Origin: Tubulanus polymorphus
Taxonomy: Eukaryota; Animalia; Nemertea
Assembly (NCBI RefSeq): GCF_964204645.1
Contig: NC_134030.1
Span: 603,355-667,354, forward strand
DNA: 64,000 nucleotides
Reading direction: 5' to 3'
Each line of letters starts with the position of its first letter. The stretch's first letter is position 1. Both the position numbers and the translations under genes were made by a program. This document shows, piece after piece, positions 1 through 11,951 of this stretch. The notes under the pieces are model-generated. The model worked only from the letters and a program-made list of their open reading frames with translations. It was not told the origin of the DNA and made no database searches.

Positions 1-240
1 TGTATAAGTCGTCACATTACTGAAGTCATCTCTATTTTTTAGTCTCAATTTGTATTTCTAATTCAATTTACTAAGTGTGTAAGTCATCATTTGGATAAGT
101 CGTCACATTACTGAAGTCATCTCTATTTTTTAGTCTCAATTTGTATTTCTAATTCAATTTACTAAGTGTGTAAGTCATCATTTGGATAAGTCGTCACATT
201 ACTGAAGTCATCTCTATTTTTGAGTCTCAATTTGTATTTC
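1..240 (-). repeat. ~91-bp satellite, ~2.6 copies (reverse complement of the 89-bp array at 14870-15685)
   Basis: gtcacattactgaagtcatctctattttt recurs at 11, 102 and 193 and is the reverse complement of the 14.9-15.7 kb unit. Confidence 0.9.
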
Positions 241-2079
241 TTCATTTATTAAGTGTAACTTTTCAACAATCGGCTCAACTATAACCACCTAAGCAATTAA
301 AATGTTCCGCTATAATTTTTCGATTCTTATGAAATAAATTCCTCGCAACATTTCTTATTGTAAACCGTAATTCTGCGGTGCGGTTCTATCAGCTCATATC
401 TTGTTTGAATAATATCTACTGGAGATAACAGACGACTGTAGAAATATAACCATAAACACAATGTCCATTTAGAAGGGGTTGGTCAAGTAGGGACCACAAG
501 CTGATTGTCAGAATAGCATATAAACCAATGGCCCAGCGGGGCGTGGGGTTCATTGTTGTAAGGGTAACCACCGTGATAACCGATACAGAATAGAGTCAAG
601 AGCACTTCAAATTCTCGACTCCTTATAGGGATGTACTATGGATACGTAGGGTGTCTGATGACTTCTTGAAATAACATATTTTCAAGTAGTTTTACTTCTT
701 GTCAATTCGTAAAACCACTAAACCAACCAACTTTACAATAACAACAGTTTGACACGAGACACGAGATTCGAGTTGAGAAGATACACAATATCCCCGTGTA
801 AGAATGAATAAACGAGATTAATCCCAAAATAAATTCAGCAAAACGATGAAACGTTCTTGAATAGAAGTGTATTTAGATTTTGAGCAATAGACGAAGAGGT
901 CTCAAGATTCGAATTTTCATATGATATAGTTTATTGAAGTACATCGTTTCGGTTTTTCACATCGTAGGGTGGAGAATGTGAGTAGAAACAGAAGTAGGAA
1001 TGAACACGAACTTACAGGACGTGAACAGAAGCTACGGATTTCAGATTATTGTCTTGTAATCCTAGTCGGATTTCAAATATGTAACAGTTCAGTAAGATAG
1101 ACTGGTGTCTGCTGGTTATGAACAATTCTATAAGTAAAAACAAGAATTTTAAACTTAACAGGCAACCAATGGAGACTTTAATTACTTTTTCATTAAATTT
1201 TTTAGAATTTTATCAAGGCCAAGATTGGTGAAAATGGACAAACTTAACTTGGATTTGTTGTGTTCACTATAATTTTGTTTATATAAGTTATTCGCGTGGA
1301 CAACAACAGACGAACTTGTGAAATCTCTCCGACTCGCGTCAGACCGATAATTATTAATGAATCATTAAGGTGTTGAATTCTGTTCGAGGTGGAGAATGAG
1401 GAGAGGTGTGTGGAGCGGGGGGTGCGATTAAAACATGCGATCAAAGACGAATCGAAAAAGACACAAGTCAAAAATTACCCCCAATCGACCCCATACACGA
1501 ATAGATTACGTCATTTTACAATCATTAATAAAATCAATAAAATCGATATAATTGTCGACACACATTGTTGCACACATCTGCGTCGGCGATAGGAATATAA
1601 TATACTAAATTGTCGTATTGTTGACATCAAAGAGTTTTTCAACTACAGGAACCGCGAGAGCAGATGTTCTCAAGCTTGATCTCGGAGGCTGGACGCGTCT
1701 CCCATATAAAGCCATCCAGTCTACTTAATTAGCAAAATAGAATTGATTTATTCTCGTTACTTCTTTTATATTCGGTGTAAGTAGCTCATTTCGTACTTAA
1801 CGACACAAAATGGACAACAATCGAAGCGGTTGAGACTCACACGAGTTCAAACAATACGTCATCGATTCGATCGACAATAGACGTTCGTTTAAAATCGACG
1901 ACTTCCGGTGTTTCACGCCTTGACGCAGGCGCACTTCAATCGTTCGTTTACACAAATAATCTGTTCATTATGTCGCGGAATATTTTTCGAGGATTAACGG
2001 ATTTTGATTTCTGATGTTTTTAAGATAAATCCCGATAACAACTCGAATCATAACAAAACCACGGAAAACGATCATTACC

Positions 2080-2354
2080 GGATCATTGTTGGATCATTTT
2101 TGGATCATTGTTGGATCATTGTTGGATCATTGTTGGATCATTGTTGGATCATTGTTGGATCATTGTTGGATCATTGTTGGATCATTGTTGGATCATTGTT
2201 GGATCATTGTTGGATCATTGTTGGATCATTGTTGGATCATTGTTGGATCATTGTTGGATCATTGTTGGACCATTGTTGGATCATTGTTGGATCATTGTTG
2301 GATCATTGTTGGATCATTGTTGGATCATTGTTGGATCATTGTTGGATCATTGTT
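2080..2354. repeat. 11-bp minisatellite (GGATCATTGTT)n, ~25 copies
   Basis: Near-perfect tandem visible directly; it produces the spurious 'LLDHCWIIVGS' ORFs. Confidence 0.97.
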
Positions 2355-4396
2355 TATAATGATATATTGTTGTGCGTTGAAGTTTTATCTCAAATGCAAA
2401 TAAAGAAGTAAAAAATAGACAATCCAAGAGACAACACAAAGTACACTTTACGTTCTATAAACGTTTCATTTTTTACTATAAATGCAACAATTCCTACTGA
2501 TATTTTTCATATAGCCAAACTCTTGTGAAACTGGTTGTGTTGCCTCTAACGGTCCAGCGAATTCAAATACCACAACACTATATATTAACAGAGTATTGAT
2601 ACGGCATGTCTGTCTGTCAGCCCACCTGCCTGCCTGTCTACCCGCTGTCTGTCCGCCTGTCTGAGAATGAAAATGTGATAAATTTTGTAAGATCGATTTG
2701 AGTAAATATGTGAACCCCTCAATCGACGTTCATATCCATCCATAATATACCCTCCAGCCCTGAAACAGTGAAAACCGTCGGCCCACACGCCTATACCCTG
2801 CAGCCCTAAACCCGTGAAGCCCCTGAACTCACATGCCTATACCCTCCAGCCCTGAAGCCTGAAGCCCATCAGCCTATACCCCTAGACCCTCCAGCTACGA
2901 CCCTAAATGATAATTACACTCAGTGGCCGTTGATTGTTAGGATTATTTAACAAAATGTGCTTGAAATGTAATATAATGATATCACATCTGTTGAAAGGTG
3001 TTGAATATCAGAGTATGGATAGAAGGGGGAAGGGATGAGAGAGGGGGTGGAGAGAGGGGGGCGGAGAGAGAGAGGGGGCCCGTATCGATTGCGACTATAG
3101 CAAGCACCTCTTTTTGACATATAACCAGAAAACTAGATTTATCTATTTAATCTATCGTTTCCTAACTGGCTAAATCACAATATTCATCATAATGATCATC
3201 ATAATTTCAACCAGCTAAGCATCTGAAAGTTACTTTTCTTGGTATGCAGAATATTTGGTTGACTAGCTGAGTGACTCACTATAGCTAGCTAGCTGACTGG
3301 TTGACTGACTAGCTGACTGATTGACTGACTAAGTATTAACCGACTAACTAGCACACTGACCACCTGACTGACTAGCTGGCTGGCTGACTAGTCCCTGATA
3401 TTTTCTCTGACTGATGTAAAAAGAAAAACCCGCACCACGTGTTTAAAAAATACCGGTCGAATTTTCTGGTTTTGCGTCAATAAAAATTCTAAATATAACC
3501 TGAACAATACTCTGAATAACAATCCGACAATAAATTCTACTCTTAGATTAAATCTTGATCCGATGTTATCAGCGAGACTTATAGGCCCCTATTAGCTCGC
3601 CTGCTATATCAGATACGATTGTTAGATATTTTAACATAATTATCGAGATTTTAAAAAAGAGAAAAAAGTCTTTCAGACACACACAAGCGCGCACATAAAT
3701 ATATATACCAGTTTTTCTAAAAGATGCCTGTTCGGTTTTGTTTGCGAATACAAACGGAGTTTCGCTATAAAAACCCGACAAATTGAACCGATAAAAACAG
3801 AGACATAGATATAATGTAACTGGCGAGTACGACTCGGTCGGCAATGTTAATTAATCGTGTGGAGCCATGATTTCTGCGGTCGGTGATTGGTCTATTGTTC
3901 AACTGTCACGGAAACCAGTTTTAAAATTCACCAGAACTCTAAATTTGTGACGCACTATAATCGTGCGTTTAAAACTATTGTTAAAACGAATATCTGAAGT
4001 TGTTCTATTTCGCCAATGTTGAATGCGTCGTAGGTGCCGTGAATCGGTCTGGTGTGGTGAGAGGGCGGTCGGGCACCGGTTGGAATCTACATTTTATTAA
4101 ATAACTTTAGGTAATAAGTCGGTAGTGTATTATTTATTACATGACAACTATGGTATTTATAACTTTAGGGTTATACGAGTGGCGCCACCTGTGGGCGGGT
4201 TTGTGAAACCACAACAAGCAAAACCGTGAGAACATTATCGTGACTTCTTAAGACTTGGATCCCATTGTCTCGTGGGGGGTACATTTTGACAAGTACGTTA
4301 TCTTTTCGTGTAGGTTTTCCTTCGAAATAAGACTTGAAAATTCAAAATTCAAAATGATTACTTTTTTTTAGTAAATGAACGCAAAATTTGAATCCT

Positions 4397-4557
4397 GGGC
4401 CGGTTGCGCAGTCTAAACCAGGACTATGCATCCAGCCCCTGGGCCTAGTCAGCGGCTAAGTTAGCTTAGATTTGAGACGAACTTAGTTCTGTAACCAATC
4501 AAATAACTAAAGCCTGGACCACTTTTAGACTTTAGTCTCGAATATGAAACCAGGCCC
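4397..4557. mobile_element. MITE with GGGCC-type TIRs (PIF/Harbinger-like)
   Basis: gggccggttgc ... gaaaccaggccc imperfect TIRs, with the same terminal style as other MITEs in the window. Confidence 0.55.
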
Positions 4558-6406
4558 TTGGACTCAGTTCTGCAGCCCCTGGGCTAGTAGGGTTTGGGTG
4601 TATGGTTGAAATCAGTACATAATCAATTGCGTCCACTTAAAAGTGTCAAATTGTAACTCAGAAATGTTGAACCGGGTCAAAGTTGCAGTTTCATGAAAAT
4701 TTCAACCGAAAAACGATTCGAAATTCTAACTAATAATGGTAATCTGATTGATGTTGAATAAAGTAAATAATAATAGTAATTGAATTTCAAAAAGTTAACA
4801 TGGTTTTCATTTTTCTTTTTTTTGGGTGAAACTTATCATTTGATGGAAATAGATATGGTAACAGTCAGTCGGTGTGACCTGACTCCACGGGACCCCACCT
4901 CCATCAACTAGAGGCGAGAAACCGAGTTCTCAGTCGATCATATTACAATATATACGTATTAAAAATCATTAACGGTAAAATCGCCAGCAGCAGATCAGTA
5001 ACAGTATCAGCTCATCCAGCATCAGCAGCAGCAGCAGCAGCAGCAGCTTTTGTGTCGGTTGATCGAATATTGTTACAAACAAACGTTTGATCATCAAAAA
5101 CACACTTCAACAATCAATGCCGTTGAAATATAAAACGTATTTCTTTATTGCGTGGAACGGCACGACAGATCGTATGAATTTTAGCACGCGAGAACTGTAT
5201 ATATATATATATATATATATACAGTGAGTCATACTTCAATATTTAATTGATTGAAATTCATCTAAATATATATCATATACCGAAATAACAGTACACAAAG
5301 TGTCGTCTGTTGATTGAAGTGTTCATCATCCCGACCCTTCCCATAATACACTCTGTTATATTATAAGGTTGCCGTGATACCGTACGCATTGTTGAACATT
5401 ATTTTCCAACAATGCCGCCGTATCGTAGCAACAACCAAAAATGAAGCCTGTATCGACGAGAGTAAAGTTCGGCTCCCGCCACCGGACTCCACTGTTACTG
5501 ACGTCCCGGCAACCAGTCTGGTCCGCGTACACGCATTTTACAGGTATCCAGAACTCGATCGCCGATCATTTTTCCAACGGTCACGAACCGGGTACAATGA
5601 CCCGTAGTTTAATTAGGGGTGCAATGACCCACAGTTTAATTAGGGGTACAATGACCCGTAGTTTAATTATATATATAACCGATTAATAAAAGGTTTAGAT
5701 TTCTCACCAGTGATTAAGTGATCACAGGGTTGTGATTAAGTGATCACAGGGTTGATCACAGGGTCGATAACAGCTCGTAACATGACGGGAAAATCGATAG
5801 TTTCAGCTACTGGATAATCAATTCAAATAAATACCACTCAATAAAGCGCCGTTAGTTATACTGTTATCGGTGAGAAATACGTCACCGGTGAAATTCGTGT
5901 TAAAATATAGCCATAGATAAAATAAAGCATGTAATTACTGCAATGTGTAACTTATAATTCAGTTAATAGTCGCAATAATTTCTGCGTTAAGCACCTACCA
6001 TCAAAACCGTCATCATCGAAAGCACTTCTAGGTCCAAGTTCACGAAATAGTGGATTCATTCCTAAATCAATTTAATTAGTTAACCGAATTAACTTTATCA
6101 TCAGTTAACCGAATCATTTTAATCAGTTAAAGCGAATCATTTTGATTTAACCGGATTAATTTATTCATTTTACCAAATTAGTGAAGAATAATATAAATTT
6201 TTTAGAGTTCATCTTGCAGGTAACACTAACCAGAAATACTAGAAAGACTTTAGTCTCATAATGTATTATTATTATTTCTTTTTTTAACTTTTTTATATTT
6301 TTACGTTATATCCTGAATATAATAAGACAAAAACCCACTATATGCAGAATAAAAGAATTTAATAACAAGAAATTTATTTATTCGAACAATCTAAAATATA
6401 TAACAT

Positions 6407-6448
6407 ACACGACGTTTCGATCTCACCCTAGAGATCATCGTCAGGTGT
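6407..6448 (-). ncRNA. Minimal type-I hammerhead ribozyme (Penelope-associated type), intact core
   Basis: Minus strand reads ACAC-CUGACGA-U-GAUCUC-uagggu-GAGAUC-GAAA-CGUC-GUGU: CUGANGA and GAAA core, 6-bp stem II, 4-bp stem I, GUC cleavage triplet. It is part of a ~130-bp repeat (6320-6450) also present at 18960-19085. Confidence 0.8.
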
Positions 6449-8547
6449 GACACCGTGGCGTGATTATCGTTCTAATATCCTGTATATATCATACGTCACA
6501 TAGTATTATCAATCATATCAATATCATAGAATGAAATATGTAAAAATATAATTAATTATGAAATGTTACAATATATCAGCGGGACGAAATAAAACATTGT
6601 AATTTACAATTGATTCAAGAACATTTTTGAAAAGAAATTTTTTGGCATTTTCGGTCAATCAAGACTGCGCAACTGGACTAATAGAAGTTTTCCAAATGTA
6701 TCGTTTATACTACGGACAGTTTTGTTTTTTCAAATCAATTACGAAAAAGGAAGTTTTTGACTTGAAAAATAAGTTTCGAAATTGTAGTTACCATCGATAC
6801 ACACAAACACAATGTAACGTAACAATGCTGGCGGTTTAATAACCGGTCGCACCTGCAGCCGTTTATAATAATACAGTCTGCTGCTGCTGGTCCCCGCGGG
6901 AAAACAGCAACAATCAGCACAGCATTCCATCAAAAAATAAGATGGCGCAAGCAACGAGAGAGAGAGTCGTTTGACAGATGAAAAAAAAACAAAACGGGTT
7001 TCATCGTCTCCGTCCGACCTAATACTCAAATATACAACTAGATTTAATATGCAATTACTGGGACCGATAATTGGACAATTATATACAAGAGTTCAGCGGT
7101 CGAAAACGACTGCCAAAATTATGGGTGTAATTATTGCGTTTTGAGACGAGGGCGACTGCGCGCTCTTTGACAATCTAAATGATCAGATAATTACCGTTAA
7201 ATAAATGCTGGTATGTAGATATTAATGTTTATTCGGCGCAGAACTCAACGCTTTTACAGTGTACATGTATATATCCCCCTCATATAGGATATTTATTGTA
7301 TATATATATATATGATGTTTTTGATGATGACTGCAGACTGGACGGGTTCACAAACCTTTACCCTATAATATACACGTAACAGGCGATGAAATATCCATCT
7401 GAAAGAACTCGTGTACTTATTTGAAATCTACGGTCAAATTCTCGAGCTGAAATTGTCATCTGATGATTCGTCATGTTAGTGGGGCCTGAAGTCTCTTTAT
7501 CTTAGGCGCAGTGTAATTGTACATAGTATACTAATTCAAAGGTACAAGTCGTTGTTACGACTTTATCCAAATGATGACATACACTTAGAAAATAGAATTA
7601 GAAATTGGGGTTTGAAAATAGAGATGACTTCAGTAATGTGACGACTTATCCAAATGATGACTAACAATTAGTGAATTGAATTAGAAATACAAATTGAGAC
7701 TCAAAAATAGAGATGACTTCAGTAATGTGACGACTTATCCAAATGTCGATATTAGCTTTCTTGAGTGGGACTCGGATATGCGATGGATTTTGGGACTGCT
7801 CAAGTTCAACACGCGTTACACAGGTGCTGTTAAACTGGTACTGTTTAGCTGGTACTGTTACCGGTTGTTAAGTATAAAAATACGAATAATCGACAATAAT
7901 CTAATGAAAATGATAAACTCCGTATTATCGTCACGTTTAATCAATTAACGGATTATTCCACGGTTATTCACAACGCGTCGACGCTGATTTTCCTAAATTA
8001 TGATTTTATTGAGGCAAAATATTTGCTAAATTATGAAATACACACGATGTGTATATCGAACGATATACAGTTATAAACAGCAGTTATTTCATCAATTAGC
8101 TTAAGTAATAGTTACATTATAAATCAGAGTCCTGATTTTTCGGCGCTGTTCTATGATACTGGTATATGTAGTACATGTACAGTTAGTTTTTCAACGTAAT
8201 TTCGGTATTGCAGAAAATTGCAGAAAATTGACGCCGAAATTGCCGTCGATGTTTGTATCTGCGCTAGCGGTTAATGTTAGCCGTCTGCAAACAAATTATT
8301 GGAGAAAATTGCGTCAAAATTATAGAAAATATATTCATTCTGTTTACAGATTAATATAAGACTTAATTCGGCGGGTTATTTAGTGGTAATCGGGAAAATA
8401 CACAGCGTGCGACTAGTGGCTCCACCTACAGGATCTATTCATAATCATGTATCATGATAAAAAATGGCGACGCCATTGTTATATGAGATAGATTAATCGA
8501 AATCGCCATCACCATAATATAAACCTGGTCAAGTTGTGGTGAATCAC

Positions 8548-8616
8548 AGGTTGAGACTCGAACCTGAAACGTCAAAGCGTGGACAACCGGATGCACTAAC
8601 CATTAGACTGACGGAG
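8548..8616 (-). mobile_element. tRNA-derived SINE head (degenerate)
   Basis: Minus strand has an A-box-like agtctaatggtt and a B-box-like ggttcgagtct; no complete cloverleaf. Confidence 0.45.
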
Positions 8617-8960
8617 TGACTGGTGTCCAGTCAGGTGTAAAGACTGGTGACCGTTCAGGTGTCGTTACCGGTGACCAGTCAGGTGTGGAGACCGGTGACC
8701 AGTCTGAGGTGTGGAGACCGTTGACCAGTCAGGTGTGGAGACCGGTGACCAGTCTGAGGTGTGGAGACCGGTCCAGTCAGGTGTGGAGACCGGTCACCAG
8801 TCAGGTGTGGAGACCGGTCACCAGTCAGGTGTGGAGACCGGTCACCAGTCTGAGGTGTCGAGACCGGTGACCAGTCTGAGGTGTGGAAACCGGTCACCAG
8901 TCTGAGGTGTGGAGACCGGTCACCAGTCTGAGGTGTGGAGACCGGTCACCAGTCAGGTGC
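8615..8960. repeat. ~24-26-bp minisatellite (GGTGTGGAGACCGGTCACCAGTCA variants)
   Basis: Tandem array visible directly. Confidence 0.92.
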
Positions 8961-10429
8961 TGTGATAATTAGTTATTCACAACGACAAAAAATTACGAGA
9001 AAAAATCATAAATAATCATAATAAAACTGAAATTGCTTCCAAAGTTACAAATCAGAAATGGACACTAACACTTAGCGGGTAGCACCACAGGAGGGCTTGT
9101 AATACAGATTCTAACTACTCAATAATAAGCTGTATAAATGAAGTCGATAATTGTTGGGGCCATTTTCGGGTAATTAAGGGTAATTAGATAGAAAGTGGTG
9201 ACCACAGTGTCAATGGATACATTCAACACAACGCGAGGTGATGATATAGTGGTCCATTTATCAAACATGGACCCACACCAGTAAACTACATAGTATATCT
9301 TAATCCAGTTTCACAGTTTTGTGGGTCCGACTTGACTATGGATCCAATTCCACAGTTGTGTGGGTTCAATTTGCTTTTGGATCCACACAGTTGTGGGCAT
9401 AATTTGACTATGGATCCAATTCCACAGTTGTGTGGGTTTAATTTTTCTTTTGGTCCTCAAGTCCACGGTTATGTTGGTTTTATTTGACTCAAGGTCCGTG
9501 GAACTAAGAGACGTGTGCCGAAGAATTTTGAGAAATCGGAAAAAAAACTAAAACGAAAAACAAATCGAGTTTTTGATTTGTGATTGTAGGACTCGACGTC
9601 GCCGATGATATTCTAAATCCAGCGCGCACACATGACCACCGCGACCGACCAAACGTCACTCCGGATCCAGAAAAACGAATTTAAACGATTCAATAAAGAT
9701 CGTAGATAAGATCTCCAAATATTCTTTATCGCTTTTTTTAGAAACAGATTTCCAGCAATAATGTGGCAATTAATGTCGTTGTCACGAAATATCCGATAAA
9801 ATCTACATACATAAAAAACCTCGGAACAGACTGTGTGGTCTATTTCATCGCCGGACAATGTGTCTCCACAATGTACACCTAGGCGCCTTCTACGTCACAG
9901 GCACTATTCCTCGCATTTCATGCCTTTTCATTGTCTTCTAGTTTTAGAAGATTTCAAATTCGGCTCTTGTCGCGGTGGTTATCTGTCGTGTTGGGAGACA
10001 TTTGTCATATACTCGCATTCGTCTGTCTGCCCGTACACACACGTTCGAACAGTTCTCATTTTTTGTTTCTGTTTCCTCCGCACACGTCCTCATCTACAAC
10101 AATTAAAATCGTTATCGATCGCGCGGGACAATATTTCTCAACAATGCGAGTCGTTATCGATCACCACGGTTCCGCAGCAGTCGGCAATGGCATTAGTCTA
10201 TTGTGACGTTCAAATTCTCATCTGTTTTTCTCTTTTAAGACGGAAATGTTTTGGACGATTTAAAGCGACCGTAAGGAGAACAGATTAACGGATTAACGGA
10301 TTACTGCGGCTTCCCGACATATCCGCAGATTAAAGACAAATATTTCAGTTTTTATTGCAGAAAAAGATTTTCATGACCTTGGCCTCGCGGTGTATCCATT
10401 CGCAGAGAGCTCAATATGAAACTTTCGAT

Positions 10430-10740
10430 ACATCCAGATCCAGTTTTACAGTTCTGGATCAAGTTCCGCAGTTCTGGATCAAGTTCCGCAGTTCTGCATC
10501 CAGTTCCACAGTTCTGGACTCAGTTCTACAGTTGTGAACCCAGTTCCACAGTTCTAGATTCGGTTCCGAAACCAGTTCCAATATTCTAGACTCACTTTCA
10601 CAGTTCTGGGTCAGGTTCCACAGTTCGGGACATAGTTCCACAGTTGCAGGACCCGTTCCACAATTCTGGACATTATCTTCGGTTCCGGATAGAGTTCCAC
10701 AGTTCTGGAGCCTGGCCATCTACGGTTCTGGACTTGGTTA
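10430..10740. repeat. Degenerate ~20-bp tandem (CCAGTTCCACAGTTCTGGA-like); related motifs at 9300-9500
   Basis: Recurrent gttccacagtt / ggatcca motifs. Confidence 0.7.
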
Positions 10741-11862
10741 AGGTTCTATAGACGCCACACGACGGAAATGAATTTATTCTAATTGCAGAATCAAATTTAA
10801 CCGGGTCCAGAAACCAGAAGATGAGTCTAGAAACGAGATGCAATTAACAAAATATTCGAGAAAAAAACACTGATAGGAACTGTGTTCTGTATGCAGTGGG
10901 GAACAACAAACAAGCGACAAATAAATGTGGAGTAGTTTATTCCACACAGCTGGAATTCAGACAGCCAATTAAAATCCAGACTTTTAATTTACATTTAATT
11001 GTCAGAATAATAACGAATTTTCAGTGCGATAATTACACCGAAACTATTTCATCTCCATCTATTGGATTTTCGGTGAACTAGTATTTCGAAAACTGACCTG
11101 GCATTAGTTCATAATTATGCCGTAACCAAAGTGTATGGCAGCACCGATCAGATCGTGAGTGTCTCGCACGAGATAACTGATTTTCGCGCGCGAAATGATT
11201 TCGAATAATAGATGGCGGTACTATACGGTGTAGATGTTTAATGATATCTCATCCGGTTTATCGAAGGATACGGAGGCTGTGTAGGTTACACTGATGAAGA
11301 ATTTGCGACAGATATTTTAAATAAAACGGTCCGAATAAGGTATGTACATATACCGGAAGTGTCATGGCCTCGGGGTGTTTCCGAAAGAACAGGCTTAACC
11401 TCGATTATTTGCTCGGGGAATTTCTCCTGAAATATCCTTGAATTAGGTCATGTACTCCCTCCGAGGTATCCGTCGAGTGATAGCTACTGATGGCTCACAC
11501 GATAAGTAGGATATCGTTGATTTAGAGACCTGTGAGCATTGACTCATACCTACCACAGGGACTATACCACAGCAGTTGGGTTTTGAGACAATAAACCACA
11601 GACAGGTTACGACATACATATGCAGCTCTAATGAAACCTTAACATTGTCCGTAAAATTAACACACCAATTTCTGCGTTTCTGCATGTCTGCGTTTTGAAG
11701 AAGCCGTGAGACGTACCCGTATCGGACTGTGTGTACCATACTACAATGTACATGCATTGTAGGTCACTGTCTGTATGTCTCATAATTAAGCCGTCTGCTA
11801 GTCTGTCTCTCTGCCGTCTGTTGTACCCGGTAAAAAACCGGTTTTCATCGAATCGAATGGAT

Positions 11863-11870
11863 TGACGTCA
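11863..11870. promoter_or_regulatory. CRE palindrome TGACGTCA ~80 bp upstream of the Shisa-like ATG
   Basis: Exact motif; function inferred from position only. Confidence 0.35.
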
Positions 11871-11951
11871 TCATATATTTCTAGTAATATATAGTAGAGT
11901 TGTTTAATACCGGAACACGAGTTTATTGATTATTATTCTGTGTTCGTAGAG

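Noticed and set aside
655-677. CTGATGA-cttctt-GAAA hammerhead-like motif
   Set aside because: Stem II cannot form between the core segments and stem I is only 3 bp.
2004-2411. ORFs of 83-135 aa (LLDHCWIIVGS)n
   Set aside because: Translation of an 11-bp minisatellite that is open in all three frames.
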